Part shown: positions 50,635 through 63,832 of the stretch, in pieces | Layout of the letters: the number at the start of each line of letters is the position of its first letter | Position numbering within the stretch: the first letter of the stretch is position 1 | NCBI RefSeq assembly: GCF_006345805.1 | Contig: NC_043008.1 | Coordinates: 22,010,001-22,074,000 of the forward strand | DNA: 64,000 bases | Direction of reading: 5' to 3' | Origin: Octopus sinensis | Taxonomy: Eukaryota | Position numbers and translations under genes: made by a program | The notes under the pieces: generated by a model | What the model saw: the letters and a program-made list of their open reading frames with translations, nothing else | What the model was told of the DNA's origin: nothing | The model's database searches: none

Positions 50635-51490
50635 CAGGGTGTGATGGGTAAATTGTCACCATTTTATATTTTTAATTTCATGCATGCACATTTTTTTGTT
50701 TTTAATTTTGTTGACTACACAGTATCATAGGGTCAGTTGGGCACTGTCTGTGAGAAAAACAGCACCATGACACAGTTCACTATGCCAGAAATTTGGGAAT
50801 GATAAGGCTGTGTTACTTGGCGTTCATGTCAGCAGCTCCAATACGAACATTTCAGTGTTTGGGTGTCAATCTGAGGACAGTGCAATCTGAGGACATGTAC
50901 CAAGAGTGATAAAAATCAAACATCCAGTCAACTAGTGATGGCAACATTATGTCAGCACTCATCTTCCCACAAGGCCCCAGACACAAAACGGTGGCCTACG
51001 TCAAGTGCCTGGAGGAGGTAGTGCTGCCCTGGGTCAAGAAGGTGGTTCCTTGGAACACCCTATATCTGGTAACAGGACTCTGCCCCATGCCACACAAGCA
51101 GTCAGGGCTGTCAAACAATTTCTGTGACCACATCACACCTAAAATCTGACCACCTAACTCCCCAGACTGCAACCCTCTTGATCATTATGTGTGGGGTGCA
51201 GTTGAGCAAGAGACCAGCAAAACTCCTTGTAACACCAAAGATGAACTGAAGGCAAGGATTATGGCAGCATTACCAGCTTAAACAAAAAGACTGTCCAGAA
51301 GAGTTGCAGGAGATTCCGAAGTCATCTGGAGGCTGTGGTTTAAGCCAATGGCATTTTTATTGAATAAATTTACTCCTTAGCATTTCAAGATATTTTTATG
51401 TAATTTTGGTAAATACATCTGTTAAAATGAGATGTCAGTGTTATTTTCATTTTTACCTAATTTAGACGACAATTTAGACACTGCACCCTG
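50635..51490 (+). mobile_element. DD37D (maT) transposon deletion derivative, second copy
   Basis: TA|CAGGGTG...CACCCTG|TA. Colinear with 24451-25306, including the WPPNSPDCNPLD..VWGAVE region (frameshifted). Confidence 0.9.
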
Positions 51491-51529
51491 TATATATTTA
51501 ATCCTGTTGAACTGTTAATCCCAGTACGT

Positions 51530-51700
51530 TTTTTTCCTCTCTCTGTTTTCTCATTCTTTCTCCATTTTTTTCCCTCTCAATCCTTTCTGTCAAAGAGCGT
51601 AGGCTCAGAACATCAAAGTCTTTTCTATTCTTTCCAAGAGTCAAACTAATACACCTGCTTGTTGTTCCTTCACCTGTTTTCTGTAAATTTGAGCATCATA
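51530..51700 (+). mobile_element. second-subfamily Penelope-like relic with a decayed hammerhead
   Basis: CTTT-CTGTCAA-A-GAGC-GTAG-GCTC-AGAAC-ATC-AAAG at 51583-51618. Confidence 0.45.
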
Positions 51701-51785
51701 CATACATACATACATACATACATTCAAGCATACATATATACAGAGAGACAAACAGACATATAATATATATATATATATATATATA

Positions 51786-51981
51786 GTTAATCTAAACAAG
51801 AAAGCACAAAAAAACACAACAACGCAAGGACGTGGAACAAATAAAGTATTATTGGATGCACAGGAAAGAAGGAGGGTTTAACGTTTCGAGCGGAGCTCTT
51901 CGTCAGAAACATAGGAAAAGGAAAGATCCAAAGAAGGGAAGACAGAGGGAAAAAAATCGCCAACGGTACATACGCGGTCAC
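51786..51981 (-). mobile_element. Penelope-like terminal-repeat relic
   Basis: Inverted near-identical copy of 2707-2913. Confidence 0.6.
51876..51910 (-). ncRNA. minimal type I hammerhead ribozyme motif with intact catalytic core
   Basis: Minus strand GTTT CTGACGA A GAGC TCC GCTC GAAA CG TT AAAC: stem I GUUU/AAAC, core CUGANGA, stem II GAGC/GCUC, GAAA, palindromic ACGU stem III, NUH = GUU. Confidence 0.7.
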
Positions 51982-52859
51982 ATTTTAAATACATATATAT
52001 ACACACACATATATATATATATATACATACATATATATGTACACATAGACATACTGACAGTAATAGTATTTTTCAAGTAATATATTCTCCCTCCCACATA
52101 CATGTATTTTTTTCATCAAATGTCATCTAGAACATTTGTTAGGGTTTAGGAACAGTTAAGCTACAACCAAAACTTCAAATCAACAAACTCCAAATCATAA
52201 ATTCTGTAATTTATAGAATGTTCCTGTCCATGGCAAAGAACATTACCAATAATTGTAAATCACAATAATTTAATTTTACAAGTTTGACAAATCCCTAACA
52301 ACCATGGAAACTTGTTGCAAAAATTCGAATTAGTGTAAATCGAAGTTTTTATCTTTCATTTTGTTCTTGCTTTTTTTTTTTTGGTTTATATTTGTGTTTG
52401 TACACCAAGATTGATTTGTCTTTGATTTCTGGAAGTTTCGATGGTTGTAGAAATCAGGTTAGAGTAATCAATTTTTTTCTTTTCCTTTTTCTTTTTTCTT
52501 TTTCTTTTTCTTTTTTTTGTGTTGGTTTTGTTGCAGATGTTGTTGATGATGTTTTTGCTGTCTATTCGGTTCTTTGAATGAATCTAATAAAATTACAATC
52601 CAATTTCTCATTGGAAAAATTCCAACAGAATCATGTTGTTTAGGTCGAATGAAGTACTATAATGACTTGTTAGTGCAATTATTGAGTTTTTCAAGTTCTG
52701 TTCTAAGGACATTCATACGATGGTGATCTATCTGCTGTAAACACATACACACATGCACACACACACACACACATATATATAATTATATATATATATACAT
52801 AGATACATACATATATATATATGTATGTATGTATATATATATATATAAATGTATATAGA

Positions 52860-52904
<45 letters not shown>

Positions 52905-53334
52905 GTATATATATATGCACTCATGCATGTAAACATGTACATATATGCATAGTGCAAGAGATTTGATAATAATAATAATAATAATAATCTGTGTTTGTGT
53001 GTGTGTGTTTGTGTGTATGTGTGTGTCCATTTGCGCATACATACGCATGTCATACATTTGATTCTGGGGTAAGAAATGGAGCATGATTTGATGTACACAT
53101 GCGCATATATATATATGTGTGTGTATCTTCAAGTCTACAACTGTGTATGTGCCCGTATGTATATAAATACACATAAACATATACACACATACATACACTC
53201 ACGTATATATAAATATATATGTGTGTGTGTCTGTATATGTGTATATATATATACATATACAGATATAATATGTGTGTGTGCGTGTGTAAGTATATGTATA
53301 CATATGCATATATACACACATATGTATATGAAAT

Positions 53335-53399
<65 letters not shown>

Positions 53400-53731
53400 G
53401 GCAGCTGCATCGAACTCTCTCATGCACCAAATGGCAATTGCTAAAAAGCATTCGTGAAGTAAATCATGTAGCAACACCAAATGGCGGTGCCCCAGCATGG
53501 CCACAGCTAGTGAGCTGAAACTAGATAAATAAATAAAAAAAATAAATATACACACACGCATATATATGAATATATACATATAAATATATGTATATGTATA
53601 TATATATATGTAAGTGTATATATGTATGTGTGTATATATATATATATATATATGCACACACGCACACATCCACATATATGACATCTGGCTACCTTGTAAT
53701 TGTTCCCCTGGATCTTTGATATAATTTAACA

Positions 53732-53770
<39 letters not shown>

Positions 53771-53842
53771 ATGTATGTAAGTATTTACGTATGTAGATAT
53801 ATATATATATACATACATATATATATATATACATACATATAT

Positions 53843-53880
<38 letters not shown>

Positions 53881-54559
53881 GAAAGAGAGAGAGTGTTATA
53901 TATATATGTGTGTGTGTGTATTTACATATATGCACACATGCCTAATGCCCATATGGATATATAAGTAAGTATGTGTGTATTTAATCATCAGAGTATCAAA
54001 ATTTAAGATTTTTGAGATAAGAGCTTTGATGATATTCAATATTCCTGATGGTGTTAAAGAATTCTGTAATTGCATAGAAAGGAAAAATTTCTCCAAGATA
54101 CAAAAATCTTTTTTAAAAAAAAATGAAGAAGAAAATATCAAGCCCCACTCAAAAGAAAAACACCTCAAAAAAATTATCTAAGTATACAATTACAAAATGA
54201 AAAAAATGAAAATCATTAGAAAAATGCTGTCATCCAATTTATCTCATTTTCCTAAATACCTCAAATTGGAACTAATCATATGAGATTGAAAAATGTCTTA
54301 TTAGAAACATATGGTGTAGGAAACTGTTGGAAGCCATTAGATTTTTGGGTCATCACTGAAGGCTTTGAATTTTATCTTGTGTCATCATCATCATCATCAG
54401 TAGCATCAGCATCAGCATCTTCATCACCATTATCACCATCATCAGCCTCATCATCATCATCATCGCCATTATCATCATCATCATCTTCATCATCATCATC
54501 ACCACCATCATCATCATCATCTCCATTATAATCATCATCATTACCACCACCACTAATCA

Positions 54560-55060
54560 CTTGGCAACCAGTAACTTAGCAGTTTAGCAAAAGCGACCGA
54601 CAGAATAAGTACTAGGCTTACAAAGAATAAGTCTTGAGGTCAATTTCTTTGATTAAAACCCTTTAAGGTGGTGCTCCAGCATGGCTGCAATCAAATGATT
54701 GAAACAAGTAAAAGAATAAAAGACTATATATTATGCATGTCTTACATGCTCACACACACACACACACAAACCAAATACACACACATACTCACACACACGA
54801 AAACAAACACTCACACAAAGACATGCACTGACATGAAAACACACACATACACACACACATATATTTTTATAGAATGTGTTTTTGTGTCTGCATTTGTCAC
54901 ACCCTCTTAACGACTTGACAACCAGTATTAGTTCGTTTACATCCTTATGACTTAGCAGTTCAGCAAAAGAGACTGATAAAATAAATACTGGGGGGTTGCT
55001 TTGGTCAATTAAACCCATCAAGACTATGCTCCAGAATGGCCACAGTCTAATGACTGAAAC
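54560..55060 (+). mobile_element. two tandem SINE-B 3' halves (54560-54725 and 54905-55060)
   Basis: Each runs from the ...ACAACC...TAACTTAGCAGTT region to GACTGAAACA. Confidence 0.75.
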
Positions 55061-55546
55061 AAACAGAACAAAAATATATAAAAAAAAACAAATGAAAGGC
55101 TAAGCTGACCTTGGTAAGATTCGAACAATATATTTTAACAAGTATACTTACAGCGTTGCCAATTATAAATGGTAATACAGTTCCTAAGAAGAAACATTAT
55201 TTTCCTTTTTCATGCTGTTATATTTACACTAGATATCACCTATATATTGGTTAACTTTAAATAAAGATATAACACAGAAAAAAATAAAGAAAAATATATG
55301 AATGTAACAGAAAATTAATTTTAGATACATATATATTAAATTAAAAAATACAATAATAAATATATAGATAGATATACAAGTTTGATGTTTGTCATAATTC
55401 TTAATATCATTCTCAGCTTTATTGAAAGAGAAAGCAGAAGATGCAATATCATAAATATGCCATGCATATATTTTTTTTCTAAAGTAAAATAAAAATAGAT
55501 ATATATATATATGTGCATAAATATATTATTATTGTTATTATTATTA

Positions 55547-55594
<48 letters not shown>

Positions 55595-55786
55595 TTTAAC
55601 GTCCATTTGCCATGTTGGCGTGGTATATATACACACACACACAGAAGCACAGACACACACACACACATACATATAATATATATTATATATACATATCATA
55701 TTTATATATATATATCATATTTATATTTATATATATATATATATATTATATATATATATATATAATACATACACACACACATACAT

Positions 55787-55834
<48 letters not shown>

Positions 55835-55877
55835 GTATGTGTGCGTATATATACATATATATATAAACACACACACA

Positions 55878-55911
<34 letters not shown>

Positions 55912-55915
55912 CATG

Positions 55916-55946
<31 letters not shown>

Positions 55947-56273
55947 GAAGTGATATATTAATTTCCCCCATCACCTATTGTTCTTGAAGTGAACAAATAT
56001 TTATATACCCGCAAATATTTATAAAACTATATTTATAGGATCTTATAACTCATTTGAAGTGCTTATAACATTATCAAAGGAAACTGATGAAAGCCTCTCC
56101 AGAGCTGAATAAAAAGATTAAAGATTTAAAATTTGTTGTGTAGTAGATAATTTGAGCCATGCTTAATTTACTTATTTATTTTTGTGTTTACTTATTTATA
56201 TTTATTTTTAGTTTTAAGATAAAAAATTAAGGTAGTATTGTGTTTACTTTTACATTACTTCCATACATCTTTG

Positions 56274-56308
<35 letters not shown>

Positions 56309-56311
<3 letters not shown>

Positions 56312-56505
56312 TCACGGAGTGGTTGGCGTTAGGAAGGGCATCCAGCCGTAGAAACACTGCCAGATTTGACTGGGCCTGATGAAGCCTTCTGGCTTCACAG
56401 ACCCCAGTAGAACCGTCCAACCCATGCTAGCATGGAAAACGGACGCTAAATGATGATGATGATGATGATGATGATGATATTACACACATATGTATATATA
56501 TACAC

Positions 56506-56559
<54 letters not shown>

Positions 56560-56583
56560 GTATATATATATATATATATATAT

Positions 56584-56627
<44 letters not shown>

Positions 56628-56725
56628 TTATACATACATACATATATATCATCATCATCATCATCATCATCATCGTTTAACGTCCGCTTAACGATGATGA
56701 TGATGAAGATATGTATGTATGTATG

Positions 56726-56767
<42 letters not shown>

Positions 56768-57008
56768 TATATACATATATATATATACATATATATATAT
56801 AACCCCAGTATCACACAAATGACACCCATGCCGGTGGCATGTAAAAGCACCCATTACTCTCTCAGAGTGGTTGGCATTAGGAAGGACATCCAACTGTAGA
56901 AAACAATGCCAAATCAGACTGGAGTCTGGTGCAGCCTTCCAGCATGCCAACCCAGTGAAACTACTCAACCCATGCCAGCATGGACCAAGGATGTTAAATG
57001 ATGATGAT
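56309..57008 (+). mobile_element. cluster of RTE 3' ends in (TA)n: 56309-56478, inverted tail stub 56648-56707, 56801-57008
   Basis: Conserved terminal block with (GAT)n tails, separated by TA/TATG arrays. Confidence 0.8.
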
Positions 57009-57104
57009 GTATGTATGTATGTATGTATGCATGTATGTATGTATACAGGTGCACACATGCACAAACACAACCATACACACAAACACTCACATCACGTGCA
57101 TATA

Positions 57105-57447
57105 AAAAAGGGGTAAAGACTTCCTTCAGTGACCAGTGACCATGGGACTGCATCTAGAAAGTTCCCCTCTCAGGCACAAATCCAGGCAAGGTTTTCTGTG
57201 GAAGATCAGCAGTCACCCATGCATACCAGCCTCCCCTCTTCATGCCACCGATGTTTTTTAAGGGAAAGGCAAAGGGGCCAATACAGCTTGGCACCAGTGA
57301 TGCTGCAACTCATTCCTGCAACTCAGTGAATTGGAGCAACATGAAACAAAGTGTCTTGCTTAAGAACACAACACACAACCCAGTACAGGAATCGAACTCA
57401 CTCCCTCATGATTGTGTGCCTGATGATCTATCCACTGAGCCATGCAC
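57105..57447 (-). mobile_element. SINE family E, full length (tail Z), diverged
   Basis: Reverse-complement alignment to 39086-39425. Confidence 0.8.
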
Positions 57448-58482
57448 CTTGACGGCAACAATGACAATGTCGACAGCAATGATGACGACGTCAGTAGCAA
57501 TGACGACAACATTGACAATGACCAATTAAAATGACGAGGATATCGTTGATGAGAATCCGAGATAAAGATTATTAGCACTGATGAGAAGGTCATTCCAGAA
57601 GATTAAATATGTTTATCAGAGATAAGCTTAGCTGCAACAGATTAGTATGATTTATTGACAAGGCAAGATTACAATCAAAGACTCAGGAATATTACCAAAG
57701 ACAACAACATACTACTTATCATTCAAATTTAAGTTTCTAATTACAATAATTAGAGTAATGTGCATCTGTCAGATGCTTAGTAATATTATTATATCTTTTT
57801 TCTTACATGACTGTGTGTTTTTTGTTGTGTGTTTTTGTGTATTTTTTATATTGTTTTTTTCTTTGATTTTTAAAATTTTTATGTTATATGCCAAGAATGA
57901 AAAATGTTTTTTTCTTGTATGTTTATAATTAATGAAAAATTTAAGATTTCAAAGATTTAAGTATTTAGAGAAATAAATCATGAAGACATGAAGTCATAGA
58001 AGAAAAAAAATGTATAGGAAACTGCATTATTTGATAAGCAGGACACAAACCAAAAATATTTCATTGTCATCATCATCATCGTCGTCGTCGTAGTCATCGT
58101 CATCATCAACTGGTATGGGAATTGGCTGCAGAGAAATTAGATTTACTTGTGTGAGAAAAAGATAGAAAGTCCAGGCAGCTGTTTGACTCTATCAAAATGG
58201 TGTGTTGGACTTTATGGAGAATATACAATGGAATGAGTTGTTATAGTTGATACTATATGTATCTGTTGTGTGTTGTGTTGTGCTTTGCTAGTAGAAATGC
58301 ATAGGGGCAGTTGTTAAGAGTGTTGACAAATGAATAAGAAATACCACAAGGGGCAAACAAGAAAGACATTTAACAATAAATTTATTCAATAAACTGGAGA
58401 GAAGCAGAAAAGACAGATCAGAGTTGAGAACAGTGAAGAAAAATCATCGACACCTGTGCTCCATAAGGTGCAAATAGCTTAA

Positions 58483-59382
58483 CCCTTGAACATCCAGATT
58501 ACTCTCTCAAATGCAATGCTTCTTTATTTACATTATTTTGAATTTGATTTAATCCTGCCATCTGGAAGTTTGCAGGTCAATAGGGGAGAAATAAAGAAGG
58601 CATTGGGCTGGCAGAATTGTTAGCACACCAAGAAAAATGCTTAGCACAATTTTGTCTACCTTGATATTCTGAGTTCAAATCCTGCTGAGGTTGACTTTGC
58701 CTTTCATCTTTTTGGAATATATAAATTAAGTACCAGTGAAACACTTGGGGTCAATGTAATTGATTAGTCCCCTACCCACAAATTTCAGGACTTGTGCCTT
58801 TAGTAGGAAGGACTATTTTGAATTTAATCATGCATTATCTCATGGCTTGAAGATTTCGAGAAAGTGAGTGTCATTTTTCACAATGACATTGTAGGGTAGA
58901 TGTGAAAGGTCAGATCTGGCTAACTTGAACATAAAACAGGTAGAATATCTGGGTGGTGAGCTGGCAGAAGTGTTAGCACACTGGGCAAAATGCTTAGCGG
59001 TATTTCATCTGACGTTACGTTCTGAGTTCAAATTCCGCCGAGGTTGTCTTTGCCTTTCATCCTTTCGGGGTCGATGAATTAAGTACCAGTTACGCACTGG
59101 GGTTGATGTAATTGACTTGATCCATTTGTCTGTCCTTGTTTGTCTCCCATGTGTTTAGCCCCTTGTGGGTAGTAAAGAAATAGGTATTTCATCTGCCGTT
59201 ACATTTTAAGTTCAAATTCCTTTCGGGGTCTATAAATTAAGTACCAGTTACGCACTGGGGTCAATCTAATCGACTTAATCCCTTTATCTGTCTTTGTTTG
59301 TCCCCTCTATGTTTAGTCCCTTGTGGGCAATAAAGAAATAAGTATATCTGGGCTGGATATGGCCAGTTAGATTGCGAAAGGG
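58483..59382 (+). mobile_element. piggyBac-like MITE expanded by nested SINE-A insertions (about 58545-58815 and dimer 58953-59342)
   Basis: TTAA|CCCTT...AAGGG|TTAT. The non-SINE parts align with 63268-63460 (-). TATTTTGAATTT and ATATCTGGG are duplicated around the inserts. Confidence 0.75.
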
Positions 59383-59900
59383 TTATGCAGGTAGGCTGTA
59401 GCTTATAGCAATTCTAGTGTGTGCATGTGCACATATTTATGCATGAGAATGCACATGAAAAATATGCATAACAAATGGCAAGAGGATATGAGAGAATTCT
59501 TTGTTGTATCAGCAAAGTGGGAGTTCAATAGTAAGGGTTATCGTTAAACTGTGTGCTCATTCATAACATGATATGGGTAGAATGGCTTTGATGAGATAGA
59601 TTTCTGACAAATTCAATGTGGATGCTGACAGTGATAACTGGGATTCTTCAAGATGAGTAATATGTGAAGAAGGATTGTGATGTGTCCATTAGAGATATGC
59701 ATAGGTGAGGTAGGTGGTGCAGGAAAAAAAACTACTTATTTGATGGAAGGAGTTTGGATTGGGGTGGCATAAGGTGGGATACAATTTATTGTCCTGTCAA
59801 GAACAGAGCCAAACAAACCTTAGATGTGTATAGATTGTTGAGTAAATAAGCAAAAAAGATTCTCAGATATGGCATAAAATATATCGTTAATTCTCACACG

Positions 59901-59937
<37 letters not shown>

Positions 59938-60076
59938 GAATATACATGTGTGTATACATAGATATATATCTATATAAATGTACATATACATATATATATA
60001 TTTTTATACATATACATGTATATCTATCTATCTGTCTGTCCATCTATCTCTTTCTCTCTCTCTCTCTCTCTCTCCC

Positions 60077-60108
<32 letters not shown>

Positions 60109-60659
60109 GTTGGTAAGAAGCTACTTACCACACAGCCACTCCTGCGCTAATATGCATATATACATACATATATGTACATACCTACATATATGTATATACC
60201 TACATATATATGTATATGTACATGCATATATGGGTACAGAGCATCAAAAAACGTGAACAATGAGAAATGAGAGAGGTAACATCATAAAGAACATGACTTC
60301 ATTAAAACAGTACTTCCCACAAAGCAAATTTGGATTTTTTGGCGGAGGGTTAAAGTGGTAACAAGAACAGGACTGTAAGAACAAAACAGTATAAACAAAT
60401 GGTGAGGGCTGTTAAGCCAAGACGATGTGAAGTGGTGAACACTGGAAAAACGTGCTTTGAGAAGAGACAGGTAAAAGCATGTCTTGTTTTTAGGAAGGAA
60501 GAGGAAGAAAGAAAGATAGATAGCCGTTGGTCATGTGTGAGCAACAAGAGAGTCAAGGAAGAAGAGTGAGAAAAAGAAAGATAGAAAGGGAACGGTGAAG
60601 GGGAGAGGAGAAGAATAGGGAAAGGGTGGGAGAGAAAAACAGAAAGGAAATACGAGGAG

Positions 60660-60800
60660 CTTCTATCAGTTTCTGTCTACCAAATCCACTCAGAAGGCTT
60701 TGGTAGGCCTAAGGCTACAGTAGAAGACACTTGCCTAAGGTGCCATGCAGTAGGACTGAACCTGGAACCATGTAGTTGAGAAACAAGCTTCTTAGCACGA
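60660..60800 (-). mobile_element. SINE-B 5' half
   Basis: CTACCAAATCCACTCAGAAGGCTTTGG...CAAGCTTCTTAGCAC. Confidence 0.75.
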
Positions 60801-60886
60801 GGCCATGACATGTTTTGGTCAGTTTGGCCAAAATTAGCAAGTAGGAGATATGCACCCAGTTCCAAACTGATTTGTATGTATATGTA

Positions 60887-60924
<38 letters not shown>

Positions 60925-61469
60925 TTTCATTTCTTTTCATCTAGTTTCAGCTCAAGAGCTGTGGCCATGCTGGGGCACCATATATATATATATATATATA
61001 TGTATGTTGGTATATATCTATATATGTATGTATGTATATTACTGGACTTATTAGAGTTGATGTGTGCAGCTAAATCCTTCAAAGCAATGCCCTAGCATGG
61101 CCACATTCAAATGAGTAAAGCGATTGAAAGTTAGGAGATAAAAGATGTATAAAGATAGACAGACAGACAGACAGATAGAAAAACAGACAGACAGGCGAAT
61201 AGAAAGATTCATAGATAGATAGCCAGACAGTGTGAGTGGGTGCACATGTGCATGCATATGCATGTTTATGCATATGTGCATGTGCATGTGTGTGTGTGTG
61301 GTCGGGTGTGCAGTGTAGATGGACGAATGGATTACAATATACATAGCAGTATAAATAAATATACTTTGAAAGCAAGATTTATCGAGGCTTGTAATATTTA
61401 TATAGTCCTGACTATGATAATCACCTACAGCTATTTACATAACAGAATCTGAATTGTAAATGGTAATAT

Positions 61470-61479
61470 ATTACATACT

Positions 61480-61524
<45 letters not shown>

Positions 61525-61643
61525 ATATATATAGGCTGAAATATATAAAAGAACATATATGTGTTGTACATACATGCAGGTATGTATACATATAAATATG
61601 TATATGTATATGTGTGTGCATATATATATGAATATATATATGC

Positions 61644-61675
<32 letters not shown>

Positions 61676-61826
61676 GCATATATATGTAAGTATATATATA
61701 TATATTATATATATATATATATATTACATATACATATACATATACATATGCATATACATATACATATACATATATATACACATACATACACATATATATA
61801 TGCATATATATATATGCCTATGTATG

Positions 61827-61859
<33 letters not shown>

Positions 61860-61871
61860 ATATATATATAT

Positions 61872-61908
<37 letters not shown>

Positions 61909-61973
61909 GTATATGTATATTATATATATATATACATCATCATCATCGTCGTTTAACGTCCGTTCTCCATTAC

Positions 61974-62055
<82 letters not shown>

Positions 62056-62105
62056 TATATATAATATATATATATATTACATATACTATATATATATATA
62101 TATAT

Positions 62106-62187
<82 letters not shown>

Positions 62188-62210
62188 AAAATATACATAC
62201 ATATGCACAT
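61470..62210. repeat. ~740-bp compound (TA)n/(TATG)n/(TACA)n array with a 35-bp RTE tail stub at about 61935-61968
   Basis: Direct reading. Confidence 0.95.
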
Positions 62211-62979
62211 ATATATACTATCCTTCATGAACAAGTATTTGCATTGCGTAGAGTGGTAATCTCTTTGGCATCGATTCCAGGAATGGATAGAAGCTGATCT
62301 ACTGCACACATTATGGTATCTTAATCTAATGTAAATCACAAGAAAGGAATAAAGGAGACGAGCGGAGACGCTGGCGGAGGTGGTGACAGCGGTGTTGGTT
62401 GAGGCAGTAAACTGGGGGGGTGGGGTGATGGCAGCAGTGGTAAGTGACTGTTGGGAGTGGGGGTGGGAACCGGTGGTGATGGTGGTAGTAGTGGTGATAC
62501 TGGTGATGGTGTTGGTGGCGGGGTAACGGTTTGGCGAGTGGTGGTGGTGGTGGTGGTGGTTTAGTAGTGGTCGTCAACATCTGCAGGAATTAATATAATG
62601 TAAGCAACGAACGAGGTACGTTAGTGCAGCACGAGGAAGGTAAATATCTGATGTTTCAGTTAGTAATTTTTAATTGAAGAAGGGTTCTGTTGATTATAGA
62701 ATATGCTGATTAACGAATCCACTGATTAACAGATCTGCTGATAGTGTCAGATATTTGCTGTTCCCTTATAATTGTAAACCAACATATTGCATGTAATCAT
62801 TAGTCGTTCGTGGGAACATAAAACAGGAAGGTGGTCAGGTGAATTGGCTGAGTGCATAAAATGCATTGGCATTCAGAAACAAGGTATTCTAGTACTATGT
62901 TCTCCGAGTTCTAATCCAACCTAGGTCAACATTGGGTTTGTTTTTTTTCTGTTCTGTTTAATCCTTTACTACCACTACC

Positions 62980-63197
62980 TATTTCTTTACTGCCCACAAG
63001 GGGGACAAACAAGGACAGACAAACGGACTAAGTCAATTATATCGACCCCAGTGTGTAACTGGTACTTAATTTATCGACCCCGAAAGGATAAAAGGCAAAG
63101 TCGACCTTGGCGGAATTCAAACTGAGAACATAACGGTAGACGAATTACCACTGAGCATTTCACCCAGCGTGCTAACGTTTCTGCCAGCTCACCACCA
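62980..63197 (-). mobile_element. SINE-A monomer with 13-bp TSD
   Basis: TACTACCACTACC at 62967-62979 and 63198-63210. Confidence 0.9.
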
Positions 63198-63267
63198 TAC
63201 TACCACTACCATCACCACCACTGCTGTACCCCGCCCCGGACTGTACCCCACCACTACCACCACTATG

Positions 63268-63460
63268 CAGTCCAAATATTCTACCTGTTTTATGTTCATA
63301 CCAGCCATATCAAACCTCTCATACCTACCCTACAATGTCATTCTAAAAATAAACAGTTGCACCATTGCAATATTAAAGCCTTGAAATAATACAAGATTAA
63401 TTCAAAACAATATGGATAAATAAGCATTACATTTGACAAAGAAATTTGAATGTTAAAGGG
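63268..63460 (-). mobile_element. piggyBac-like MITE with one end missing
   Basis: Ends GAATGTTAAAGGG|TTAA and aligns with 58483-59382. A further terminal stub (GAATGCTAAAGGG) lies at about 7165-7192. Confidence 0.75.
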
Positions 63461-63664
63461 TTAACTCTTTTGATACTGACTTTTCTGAAACCGCAAACAG
63501 TTATGTTACAAATTTTGTGTTTTAAAATGATGCCAAGTGAGGTATACTTGGCAGGCTTTTATGTGACATACAAAGCACTTTGAGAAAAAGTCACTGAAGG
63601 TAAACCAACTTGTTTTAATTAGATTTTGTTATCTTAGTTTTATCTTTCAAGAAAAAAAAAATAA

Positions 63665-63832
63665 GCAAGGTGGCAGAATTGTTAGCATTCTTGACAAAAT
63701 GCTCAACAGTATTTCATCTGTCTTTATGTTCTGAGTTCAAATTCTGCCGAGGTTGACTTTGCCTTTCATCTTCTAGCAGTCAATAAAATCAAGTACCAGT
63801 TGATCAAGTGGGGTTGATGTAATTGATTTATT
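63665..63832 (+). mobile_element. decayed SINE-A
   Basis: GGTGGCAGAATTGTTAGC...GAGGTTGACTTTGCCTTTCATC. Confidence 0.75.

Noticed and set aside
56040-56115. Plus-strand frame GSYNSFEVLITLSKETDESLSRAE* ending at AATAAA
   Set aside because: Weak acceptor, no homology recognised, and too short to distinguish from chance.
60250-60660. Purine-rich complex stretch, possibly another retroelement relic
   Set aside because: No diagnostic motif, ORF or second copy in the window.
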